Below, piece after piece: positions 35,603-45,189 of a DNA stretch of 64,000 nucleotides. The stretch spans positions 310,001-374,000 of the forward strand of contig OZ025732.1 of assembly GCA_964019335.1 (NCBI GenBank), given 5' to 3'. The DNA comes from Diplonema japonicum. Taxonomy: Eukaryota > Protista > Euglenozoa: Diplonemea. The notes beneath the pieces are model-generated. The model did no database searches. It saw nothing but the letters and a program-made list of their open reading frames with translations, and had not been told where the DNA came from. Made by a program: the position numbers and the translations under genes. Numbering within the stretch: the stretch's first letter is position 1; each line of letters begins with the position of its first letter.

Positions 35603-36483
35603 GTATCGAGGTGAAAGGAAGGGACTTGTTCGAGGTAGTTGATGAAAGGCAAGGTTGGTACAACGAGGGGGTCTGTGAGGTTGTGAACCTTCTCCTGGAT
35701 GCTGGGGTGGGTGGCAGGAGGAGGAGTCCCTTCACATGGCGGCCAAGCACAATCTTCCTTCTTGTGTGGACGTCCTCTTGACTCGCACTTCTGTGGACGT
35801 GAATTCAGCAGTGTCTTTTCCTGGCGATTGGAGAAGTACGTGCACAGCACTTCATCGAGCCACTTCTGGGGAGGTGGCGGCTGTTCTCTTGAGACACAAT
35901 GCAGATGTCAATGCAAGAGACGGTAGCGGTGTTCCTGTCATTCACGAAGCAGCATGTGGGAAGCAACCTGGGGGCAGGCTTTCTGTACTTCTGAGGTACA
36001 ATGCAGATGTGAATGCAAGAGACAGGGAAGGAAAGACTGCTCTTCATGGCGGCCGGTTCAGTCCTCACCCCTCTGCGACTGCTTCTTGAGCACGGGGCAG
36101 ACGCTGAGGCAGGAGACAACGAGGGAAGAACACCACTTTTCTTGGCTGGTTTAGAGGTGGCTGAAGTACTTCTTGAGCACAATGCTGATGTGAAGGCGAG
36201 GGACAATGTAGGGAACACGTGTCTGCACCACGCTGTGTCACACACTCGGTTTTATGTGTCACCAGTTCTGCTGAGACACAATGCAGATGTGACGGCAAGG
36301 AACGATGGAGGGGAAACGGCTCTCGATCTTCTTCTCTCTGATTTTAGGGACTTTGGGGCCATGCGATACCTGTTGCGGGACCCGAGTCTCGCTCATGATC
36401 TGGAGCTGTTCGAAAGTGGGAGGGAGCTGAGCGACGTCAGCAGGCTTCCTGTTGTTCAACGGATTTCAAGCTTTTTAAGTTGA
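35603..36483 (+). pseudogene. 5'-truncated, frameshifted Ubl-ankyrin family copy
   Basis: Colinear with 41530-42430; split into ORFs 35736-36089 and 36013-36483. Confidence 0.85.
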
Positions 36484-37221
36484 GATAGTAGCGTCCCCGA
36501 GCAGCACTTCACCGGGCCACTTCGGTTAGCGACCCCGCTCGCCCACCAGCTCAGTTTCCACACCTCCCAGACAAAGGCACACCCAGGAGCCCAGCGCCTT
36601 GCTCATTATGGATGAGCAACATGTTGAGGCGAAGCACCAGCTTCAACAGAGATTCAAACAAGAGTCCACCACGCTTAGCAGGAAAATGATCAGCTGTGCT
36701 GAAGCTGCACCACGAGAAGCTAGTCCTCAAGCGGCTACAGGTACGCCACCAACACAGCACAACACATATACAGGCGGAGCTCGACAAGGGCGCAAAAGAG
36801 ATGGATGCTGGGGAAGCCTCTTTCGAGGTAGAAAGCCAGGCAGCAGCACTAAAAACACAGAGGGGATAGTCTAAGCGACAGTATGTGCTATTTAATGGCG
36901 TGCAACTAACACAGATATAAACAAAGCCTGGTTATCGCGGCAAAGAAACGACAGGCCGGGAAGATGCGACAGCTGCAGGGGAGAACAAAAAAGAAGGAGG
37001 ATCTTGACAGGGAGCTGGCACACGCGAAGACCAATCTGAAAAAGATAGAAAGGCTAGTGCAGTCGCTGAGAGCACGGAAAGATGAGCTGTCTGCACAGAT
37101 CGAGGAGTGTGGGCTTTTGCTTTTCCCCCCTTCCTTTCCAGATAGTCGGAAGAGGCAATGCAATTATTTTTTTAACCATTCAATATTGATTGTTGAAAAG
37201 ACAAAACAGGAAATACAGAAG

Positions 37222-38058
37222 ATGAGCGACATGCTACTGTACGCCGCAACAGCAAGGGAGACCTACAGTGTGGAGGTGTCGGGGGTGGACACAATGGAGA
37301 CTCTGTACCATGAGACGGCTTCTAGGACGGGCTTGAAGGAAGGCAGGTTCAAACTGGTTTGGGAGGGGGATGTCCTGGGCAAGAGCAAGTATGAAGAGGT
37401 ACAGGAGACTGGGCTCGTTCATGGCAGTGTGGTCCAGGTGGAGCTGGTGGTGAGAACCTATCAGCAGAAGGAGCTAGCTTCAGAGAGGGAAGAACTGAAA
37501 AGGCTCCTAATTGAAGACCCTGGGATGGTTCTGCAGGTGGAGGTGGACCCTGCTACCGAAGTGCTGTCCATGAGGAGTAGGTGCCTTCCTTCGGGACTTC
37601 GGGGCCTCATAGTCAGCGACCCTACAGGATGTGTTACAGGTGTGGGCAGCCGTTTTCTTGAAGGCTGTGCCCTTGAGTACGTCAGGCTCGTCTTACCCAA
37701 GGCTCACTCTATTAGTTTTAATTTCTTATATGGGTGCGAGGGCCTTCAAACCATCGACATGAGGGAAATGACCAATGTTGCTTCTATTGGTGATTTCTTC
37801 TTATCAGGTTGCAAGAATGTGTCGACTATCGATTTTTGCGAGACGGCACAGGTGGCTACCACGGGTAGCTTCTTCCTGCTAGGGTGTAGAAGCCTGAGGG
37901 ACATTGACTTGAGTGCGATGGCCAATATTGCTTATATCGGTTATTCATTCTTGTTGAGGTGCGAAGCACTTGAAACCATCGTTTTTAGCGGGGGTGCTGA
38001 CAGTTCTGACAAGCTTTTGAGGACTAAGGTACCTGAGGGGGTTAGCATAAGCAGGTAG
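37222..38058 (+). CDS. Ubiquitin-like domain + leucine-rich repeat protein
   Basis: Likely ATG 37222; Ubl-like N-terminus (YSVEVSG...FKLVWEG...GLVHGSVVQV); repeats LxxIDxxxMxNVxxIGxxFLxGC. Confidence 0.8.
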   Translation: MSDMLLYAATARETYSVEVSGVDTMETLYHETASRTGLKEGRFKLVWEGDVLGKSKYEEVQETGLVHGSVVQVELVVRTYQQKELASEREELKRLLIEDPGMVLQVEVDPATEVLSMRSRCLPSGLRGLIVSDPTGCVTGVGSRFLEGCALEYVRLVLPKAHSISFNFLYGCEGLQTIDMREMTNVASIGDFFLSGCKNVSTIDFCETAQVATTGSFFLLGCRSLRDIDLSAMANIAYIGYSFLLRCEALETIVFSGGADSSDKLLRTKVPEGVSISR

Positions 38059-38369
38059 GGATTTGAAAGAGAACAAAGAGAGACAGAAAGGGAGGTGGTT
38101 AGCACTGCGGTACTTATCCAAGTGTTTATATGATGTTGTGTGCGCAAGCAAATGTTGAACGGCCGCATCTTTCATTCTCTTTTATTTTCAGTCGTTCAAA
38201 TGGTATAACATATATAACAAGCCTGTCCGAACAGATTTCTTTTCTTTAAAGGACACGACGCGGAACGCAGAAGAAGCTACAACTCGGCCGCGGCGCGCCC
38301 CCTGTAATCAAGTAGACAGTTCTTGTGCAGGGCGCCGCCAACGGCCTCCTTTAACTCATATATATATAT

Positions 38370-40724
38370 GGGTCGATTTCAAACCCCCCCCCCCCAAAAA
38401 TGAGGCCAATTGACACTTTCGTTGCATCTTTGGGCATGCCACCCCCTTTAAAAAGGATTCTCCATATTTCCCGGCCCATATTAGGTTCGTCGCTCAAGGG
38501 TGCTATTTTGACCAATGAAAAATTCAGTCTTAGGGTAAAAATCGTGTTTTAGCGGTTTTGGTAAAGTCAGAGATTATGCTTTCAATAGCAAGAAATAGCG
38601 GAACGCACTGCTAGAAGGTGGCTGAAATGATGTTGAAGGTGGAAACCTTCATTTCTTAGTCTTCTGCAGTTTAGATGTGCTGCTGCTGCTGGGTGGGCGA
38701 CCTCGTTTCTGTTTCATATTAGGCCTTCTACCGCGTTTTGGGGGGGTTTTAAGAGGCTCATTCGCAGGTGTGCTTGGTGCTTCGGGCTTGTCATGCTCTT
38801 CTACGGGGGAAGTGTCGAGTTTCTTTTGTAACTTGAAAACAATTCTTTCCCGTTTTTCAAGTCCGGGAAGGCTATCGGAACGTCTTCATCCTCATCACAA
38901 GATTCATAGACTGGGGGCCTTTTCTCTGCCCTGTCTGCATCAAGTTCTTTGATGACGTACTTTAGTTCCTTCCAGCTCGTGGATGCACTTGTTGTAGCAA
39001 ATACACCCCGGAGTACTCTTGAACCCATATGCGCCTGTAAAGTCCGGGAACTCAAGAATCTTCTTTTTGTACGGGCCAAAGACATCAGTAACTACAAATG
39101 CAGAGGTGTACCGTATCGTATTGGTGATGTTCGCTATTTGTTCGACAGTTTTAATTGTTGTGGAACGAGACACCCGAAGCCAAACACGAGAAAGCACTCC
39201 GAAGTGGCTGTCCCTGCCGTTTTTGCCGTGTTTCTCCCCCAGAAACCACAGGGAAAACGTCTTATCAGCATAGACGTCACGAAGACCAAAAAGAACAAAA
39301 TAGCAGAATTCCTTAGCACGAAAGTGACGCCCACTGTCAGTCCAGAGAATCCACTCCATTTTTTCGGGGATCGCAAACCCACTAGCCAGGACAGTTTTCA
39401 GGCACTCGATAACGCATTTCACGTCAGTATTCAGACTTGAAAGCACACAATCAACATGCAGCGCCCACGAGCACCATGCCCGTCAATCCAGTACACCCCG
39501 ATTCCCAAAACACTAAACGATTGCGAATGGTAAAAATCGTAGCTTGTTGATACAGGGCCCATTGGTAGGGACCCCTTGGACTTGAAGTCGATGTCAAGAA
39601 CTAATGCATCCGGTGGGGGAGAAGTCCTGTGCTCATTGTACAACCTTCTTTGGGCCATACACCTTTCAACATGTTGCTCCCAAGGCTTCAAGTTTGCAAC
39701 AAGTTCACGTACCTTTTTCTTTGGGTACTTCCATCGAATCGCATCAATGCAATTTAGGGTCTCTTGCATGTCCGAAACACTGAACTGCAGGTCCCATTTG
39801 ACCCCACGTGATGTCATCGTTTGCAATAGCGAAAGACGCATCCGTTGTGCTTTTGTACAGTACTCGCACATATCCGTGGGTTTGGCACAGTGCATAAATT
39901 CCTTCCCTCTCCTCCTTCGGAATGTTGAATAGGAAATCTTATTCATAAGGGCGGATGACCGGAAAACATCTTGATATGACACCTCGAGTGACCTTACGGT
40001 AGTCATCCTGTGGCGTTTGCGTGTGAGACGCCGGAGGACCCGCTGTTGGCTGGCTGACTGCTAGATGATCAGAATTGATCTCTGTGTCATCCTCCAAGGA
40101 CGTCGCACTGGGCCGGCCTGGCTTGCACACTGTACCCATGCTACTGTAGAACAAGTCTTTTCCAACAGTAAGGCCAGCTGCCCTTATTTCGTCGTGTGTG
40201 ATGTGGTCAAGCCACATGCCTCTGACCAATTGGCGCCGTGTGGCGTCTTGTTGTCTATTAAACCAACCAGAAAATGATGGCAGAAGTGCCGCTAAAAGTT
40301 CCCCCTTACGCACTACGTCACAAACTAGTGCAGCACAGTCGTTGCCACTGAGCTTCTCAAGAACCTCTTTGGCGAGTGTCCTGATCGCCGATGTGTTCCC
40401 ATTTACCCTTTCTCGGTCCGAATACCTTTTTTTTACCCCTAGTTTCTCAACTGCAAGTTTAAAAGCGTCCATTTTTGGAACCCCCCCCTCTTTTTCTGAA
40501 GTTGTTTAAAGTGGGAAAACCTTTTTTTGGAACCCCCCTCTTTTCCTAGGACTGAATTTTTTGGCTACTAGTAACACTCACTTTCCAATTTATGGGGTGT
40601 TTTTTTTCCTAACCTGGGCCGGGAAAGTTGTAGCAGTTTTTTTCTTTGGGAAAAAGTACTTAGAGAAATATTGAAAGTGTCAATTGGCCTCATTTTTTGG
40701 GGGGGGGGTTTTTGAAACGATGCC
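38370..40724 (-). mobile_element. DNA transposon with ~50-bp TIRs and a frameshifted DDD-type transposase (Sola-like)
   Basis: TIR core AAAAATGAGGCCAATTGACACTTTC (38396-38420, inverted 40673-40697); ATAT flanks; minus-strand ORF pieces with DMCEYC, DIDFK, WTDSGRHF and HGKNGRDSHFG. Confidence 0.75.
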
Positions 40725-41230
40725 ATATATATATTCTTTTTTCCTTCTTTGTTATTTTTAGTGGGACGATGACAAGAGTGGAATGAGCGACGTCAGCAGG
40801 CTGTTGGGCTGATTTCAAAGAGTATGTTTAGTCGTCACCCCCATTTCGGTTGTGCTTCCCGCATTTTTCTTCTTTGGTCATTGCCAAGTTCTAAGATCCC
40901 TTGAAGGCCAATTTGACGGAGAGGATCCAAGAAGGGTGGGGCACAGCACGGAAGACCAAGGTTTGTACCTCCTTTTGAACGCGGCTCTTAGGACGTCGCT
41001 ACCGTTTGAACGGCAGAGTACAGTCTTCGTCACGAGCAAGCGATGCATGTACCTTCCTTATTTTTTGGGGCCTTCTTCCAGCATAGCCGGCCCCAAAAGT
41101 TCTTTTTTTGGAGATTCGTTCCAGTGTTTTGTTAGTTTCATTAGCTCTTTTGCTTTTGTATTTTCATTTTTATTTTTTTACTTCTTCTCAATTATTAACT
41201 TTGCACAAATAAAAGGGATACCACATAACC

Positions 41231-42463
41231 ATGAGCGGGAACGAAAGACCACCGACAGTAGCGCTGCAGGCGAGGCTCCCCACCTCTGAGACCATCAGCA
41301 TTGAGGCAGTGGCTTCGGAGGAGATGAAGAAGGTGAAGGAGAGGATCGCATCGATGGGAGGGTTGGATGTGGACATCTTCACCCTCACCTTCGATGGGGA
41401 GGTGGTGGCGGCGGCTTCTGATGACGGCGGTGGACAGCTCGTCGGAGATCTTCCTTTTGAGGATGGAAGCATGCTTGAAGTGGTGGTGTGCAAGAGGCAG
41501 GCGGCTCTGTTGAAGCTTTCTGAGATGGGGATCGAAGTGAAAGGAAGGGACTTGTTCGAGGTAATTGATGAAAGGCAAGGGCGCAACAGAGAGGGGGTCT
41601 GTGAGGTTGTGAACCTTCTCCTGGATGCTGGGGTGAGTGGCAGGGAGGAGGAGTCCCTTCACAGGGCGGCCAGGTGCAATCTTCCTTCTTGTGTGGAGGT
41701 CCTCTTGACTCGCACTTCTGTGGACGTGAATTCAAAAGTGTCTTTACCTGACGATTGGAGGAGTACGTGCACAGCACTTCACCGGGCCACTTCGGAGGAG
41801 GTGGCGGCTGTTCTCTTGAGACACAATGCAGATGTCAACGCAAGAGACAGTGACGGTGTTCCTGTCATTCACGAAGCAGCATGTGGGAAGCAGCCTGGGG
41901 GCAAGCTATCTGTACTTCTGAGGTACAATGCAGATGTGAATGCAAGAGACAGGGAAGGAAAGACTGCTCTTCATGGCCGGTTCGGTCCTCACCCCTCTGC
42001 TGTACGACTGCTTCTTGAGCACGGGACAGACATCGAGACAAGAGACGACCGGGGAAGAACACCTCTTTTCTTGGCTGGTTTAGAGGTGGCTGAGGCACTT
42101 CTTGATCACGGTGCTGATGTGAAGGCGAGAGACAATAGAGGGAACACGTGTCTGCACCACCCTGTTGAAAGAGGCTTGTTCGAGGTGTTACCTGTTCTTC
42201 TGAGGCACAATGCAGATGTGACGGCAAGGAACGATGAAGGAGAAACGGCTCTCGATCGTGTCTACTCTGACAACAGGGACAGGTTGAGGGCGACAGTGCT
42301 CTACGGGGGGGACGTGTTCAAGGCGGTGCGACACCTGTTGGAGGACCCGAGTCTCGCTCATGATCTGGAGCTATTCGAAAATGGGAGGGAGCTGAGCGAC
42401 GTCAACAGGCTTCCTGTTGTTCAACTGATATCTAGAGAGATTGGTAAGAGAAGGAGCCGCTGA
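41231..42463 (+). CDS. Ubiquitin-like domain + ankyrin-repeat protein
   Basis: N-terminal Ubl pattern (LQARLPTSETISIE...VKERI...FTLTFDG...FEDGSMLEVV); several (G)xTxLH...LLxHxADVNARD ankyrin repeats. Confidence 0.9.
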   Translation: MSGNERPPTVALQARLPTSETISIEAVASEEMKKVKERIASMGGLDVDIFTLTFDGEVVAAASDDGGGQLVGDLPFEDGSMLEVVVCKRQAALLKLSEMGIEVKGRDLFEVIDERQGRNREGVCEVVNLLLDAGVSGREEESLHRAARCNLPSCVEVLLTRTSVDVNSKVSLPDDWRSTCTALHRATSEEVAAVLLRHNADVNARDSDGVPVIHEAACGKQPGGKLSVLLRYNADVNARDREGKTALHGRFGPHPSAVRLLLEHGTDIETRDDRGRTPLFLAGLEVAEALLDHGADVKARDNRGNTCLHHPVERGLFEVLPVLLRHNADVTARNDEGETALDRVYSDNRDRLRATVLYGGDVFKAVRHLLEDPSLAHDLELFENGRELSDVNRLPVVQLISREIGKRRSR

Positions 42464-42602
42464 ATGGTACAGGTAGTGGATGAGAACAAGGGTGATTTCA
42501 AAGAGGTTTGCCGGTTTTAGTATTTCGAGGTATGATCACTCCACACGTGCCTCTCGTCACTCCCGGCAGCCTCTGGTCTCTGGCGCTGTTTCTTCATTTG
42601 TT

Positions 42603-42640
42603 ACCAACGATTCTAAAGCTACAGTTTCTGTACTTTATTG
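42603..42640 (+). other. Genomic copy of the spliced-leader exon (38 nt), forming the 5' terminus of LINE B
   Basis: ACCAACGATTCTAAAGCTACAGTTTCTGTACTTTATTG; 3' part CAGTTTCTGTACTTTATTG is the conserved kinetoplastid/diplonemid SL end; 5' part resembles the diplonemid SL (AACCAACGAT...) minus the first A. Confidence 0.9.
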
Positions 42641-42737
42641 GTGTCCGACCGTGCCAATAAAGTTCACACAGCAACGGTTTGAAAAGAAAATACAAATATT
42701 GGAAGTTGAAGCGCGACACAGATCAGCAACGTAAAGG

Positions 42738-42810
42738 AGAAGAGAAGAGAAGAGAAGAGAAGAGAAGAAAAATCGAGTCATATCAGATCATATCAGATCA
42801 TATCAGATCA
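42738..42810 (+). repeat. (AGAGA)n and (CATATCAGAT)n short tandem repeats in the LINE B 5' UTR
   Basis: Read directly from the sequence. Confidence 0.85.
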
Positions 42811-42852
42811 CAGCAAACACATTGACAATCTAAGCAACCGCGTCAGTCTAAG

Positions 42853-45096
42853 ATGGACGTTCACAAAGCTTTGAAGGGGTACGGGATGACAGCCCGCGGG
42901 AAGGGGTACGGGATTGGAAACGGAAACTCCTTCTACGGAGTGGTCGGAGAGAAGACGGGAAAGAAGGGGAGCGACGTTAGGCGCCGCATGATACAAGAGC
43001 TGCGAGGAAGCGAGGAGTACCGGGCGAGTGTCATCGGAGACTACGACCTGTACTGCTCCCAGCACGCCAGGGAGGGGACCGCCGCGGACCCGGTTACTAT
43101 CCAAGCCACCGCCCGCGCACTGAAGACCGACATCCACCTGATTACGGCCGACGACGGCGCCCTCATCGTCTCCCCTATCGTGGGAGAGTCCAAGTCCAAG
43201 AAGCAGCCCATCCACGTCGCCTTCGACGGCCGGGCATACCTCAACGCCACGGAGCCGTTCAACGTGAACGTGCTGAAGAAAGCTATGCAGCAGTTCAAGC
43301 TGCCACGGGTCGGGATTCCAACCTCAGACGGAGAGGCGAAGGCATGGAGGGGACCGAACAGCAAGCCACCACGGAAGGAACCGCAGGCAAAGAAATGCTG
43401 GCTCCTCGAGCAGGGACAGTTCGACCTACCCTTCATAGAGTGGGAAGAGCTGGTGGCAGGGAAAGATGGCATAGCCATCGCGACCGAGGTCAACGTGGAG
43501 GAGGCAGAAAAGATGCCCTGGGACGGGAACAAGGCAGTCCTCCTCAAACGCAACGGCAAGGGTCGATACGAACACGACGTCGTGCTCAAGGCGGCTGGAG
43601 AGTACTCGAACAGGACAATGTTCTTGCACGTACTGAGCGGAAAGATCTCGCGCTCTCAAAAAAACAAAAACACGGTGGGTATTGACCTGGCCGCGATGTA
43701 CACGCGGGTAGCTTTCGTCGTCTCGAAGACGCACACCCCAGCCCAGACTTGGGAGAGGGTGACCTCCGAACCCCGCAAGCTGGTCCAGGAGATGCTGGGC
43801 TGTAAGACGATCCACAGGATCGACAAGTACGTGGATGGACCGGCCCCAAGGGTTGACGTGCTCGTCACGATCGCAACCGAGAACCGCCGCCGCCTCGTAA
43901 GTGCATCCGGGAAGATGGGGATCTTCGTCAAGCCGAAGGACGTGGAGAAGTCCCCTGTCGCCTGGCTCCCGAAGGAGATCACTCTGGAAGAGGCACTCGA
44001 GCTGGCGGAGACTGAGAAGCAGGGGTTAGCGCTGCGCGAATCCGACGGCCGTCTCGGGGTGAGGACATCGGAGGAGAGGAAAACCACGCTCCTCGACAAG
44101 GTATTAGGCGAGGAGGAGCGACAACGCGGGCAGCATGGGGAGCCCAGGTGGCGTTTGTCGGGACTGTACGGGCAGTGCGGAGCCGAACACGTTGAGGCGA
44201 TACTCGAGGCGATTAAGTGGGAGGCCGTCCCACTACACGGCGGATGGTGCAACAGCATGAGGTGCTGGTACATCCGAGGGGGCGAACCCCCAACCACGTC
44301 ACTGAAGATCACGTCCCCAACTGGGCGGGTCCTCAACTGCAGGATAGCTCCCGACGTTAGAAACCCACCCACCAAAAAGACACCGCCAGCTCAGTCCTGG
44401 GGAAGGCCGAAAACGGGGACCACAAACAACGCGGGCAAGTCGTACCTCGGAGCAGTGACGGGGTCCTCTCAACCAGACCACAAACCACCAGCTGCAGGAA
44501 AGAAGGTTGCCCCTACGGGTAAAGCCGCCCCACCGAAGTCCGGTAAGTCGCCCACAACATCGAAGAAAGCCGATCCCCCGGCCTTTGAGGACCGCCTCAC
44601 AGCAATCGAAAACGCACTTCGTAAACTTGCAGGGGAACCGGTCAGCGACGTCAAGCCGCCGGCTGAGGTGGTCAGTCTACGGAGGGAGAACGCGGAGCTA
44701 CGGGAGGAGGTCCGGCAGATGCACATCCAGATGGCCGCGCTCACCGAGCAAATTAAGAGACTCACGGAAGCGACGCTCTCGAAGCCCGTCCCCGGGAACC
44801 GGGCCCCGATGATGCGCCCTGCTGCCGGGGAGGAGATGATGGACGACTCCGAAGATGACTTGGGTCCCCCCCCAACTGACGATGACACCGACATCGACCT
44901 GGACGAGGGCCCCGCCGACATTGACGACTGCCTGGGCAAGGGCATCTGCCACGTCTACAACGGGACATATCAATGCTGGAAGGGTGTATGCCACTACTGC
45001 GGCGGGAACATCACAAAGAACAACCCAGCACAGACCTGCATATTACCAGACTGCAAAAGGGTAAAATGCCGCGGGTGCGAACAATGCGAACAATGA
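42853..45096 (+). CDS. LINE B ORF1: pseudo-OTU N-terminus, coiled coil, C-terminal Cys-rich finger
   Basis: 747-aa intact ORF; GNGNSFY...VRRRMIQEL...TIQATARALKTDIHLI...IHVAFDGRAY; LRRENAELREEV coiled coil; CHYC...C...C...CRGC. Confidence 0.8.
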   Translation: MDVHKALKGYGMTARGKGYGIGNGNSFYGVVGEKTGKKGSDVRRRMIQELRGSEEYRASVIGDYDLYCSQHAREGTAADPVTIQATARALKTDIHLITADDGALIVSPIVGESKSKKQPIHVAFDGRAYLNATEPFNVNVLKKAMQQFKLPRVGIPTSDGEAKAWRGPNSKPPRKEPQAKKCWLLEQGQFDLPFIEWEELVAGKDGIAIATEVNVEEAEKMPWDGNKAVLLKRNGKGRYEHDVVLKAAGEYSNRTMFLHVLSGKISRSQKNKNTVGIDLAAMYTRVAFVVSKTHTPAQTWERVTSEPRKLVQEMLGCKTIHRIDKYVDGPAPRVDVLVTIATENRRRLVSASGKMGIFVKPKDVEKSPVAWLPKEITLEEALELAETEKQGLALRESDGRLGVRTSEERKTTLLDKVLGEEERQRGQHGEPRWRLSGLYGQCGAEHVEAILEAIKWEAVPLHGGWCNSMRCWYIRGGEPPTTSLKITSPTGRVLNCRIAPDVRNPPTKKTPPAQSWGRPKTGTTNNAGKSYLGAVTGSSQPDHKPPAAGKKVAPTGKAAPPKSGKSPTTSKKADPPAFEDRLTAIENALRKLAGEPVSDVKPPAEVVSLRRENAELREEVRQMHIQMAALTEQIKRLTEATLSKPVPGNRAPMMRPAAGEEMMDDSEDDLGPPPTDDDTDIDLDEGPADIDDCLGKGICHVYNGTYQCWKGVCHYCGGNITKNNPAQTCILPDCKRVKCRGCEQCEQ

Positions 45097-45189
45097 CTCC
45101 ATGAGGGCTCCCCCCAAACCCACCCCCCAAACCCATTCCCTCCGCCCCGTTCCCATCCTTCCAAATACAATCCGATACGCTTATCTGAC

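Noticed and set aside
36964-37221. N-terminal extension of the Ubl-LRR ORF
   Set aside because: Paralogues start at the Ubl Met; the extension crosses a pyrimidine tract that looks like a trans-splice signal
42603-42720. A bona fide SL RNA gene
   Set aside because: The TSD and empty-site match show the exon begins at an insertion boundary with no SL upstream region; the first A is missing; the following sequence is GTGTCC rather than a GTATG-like intron start; no tandem array is present
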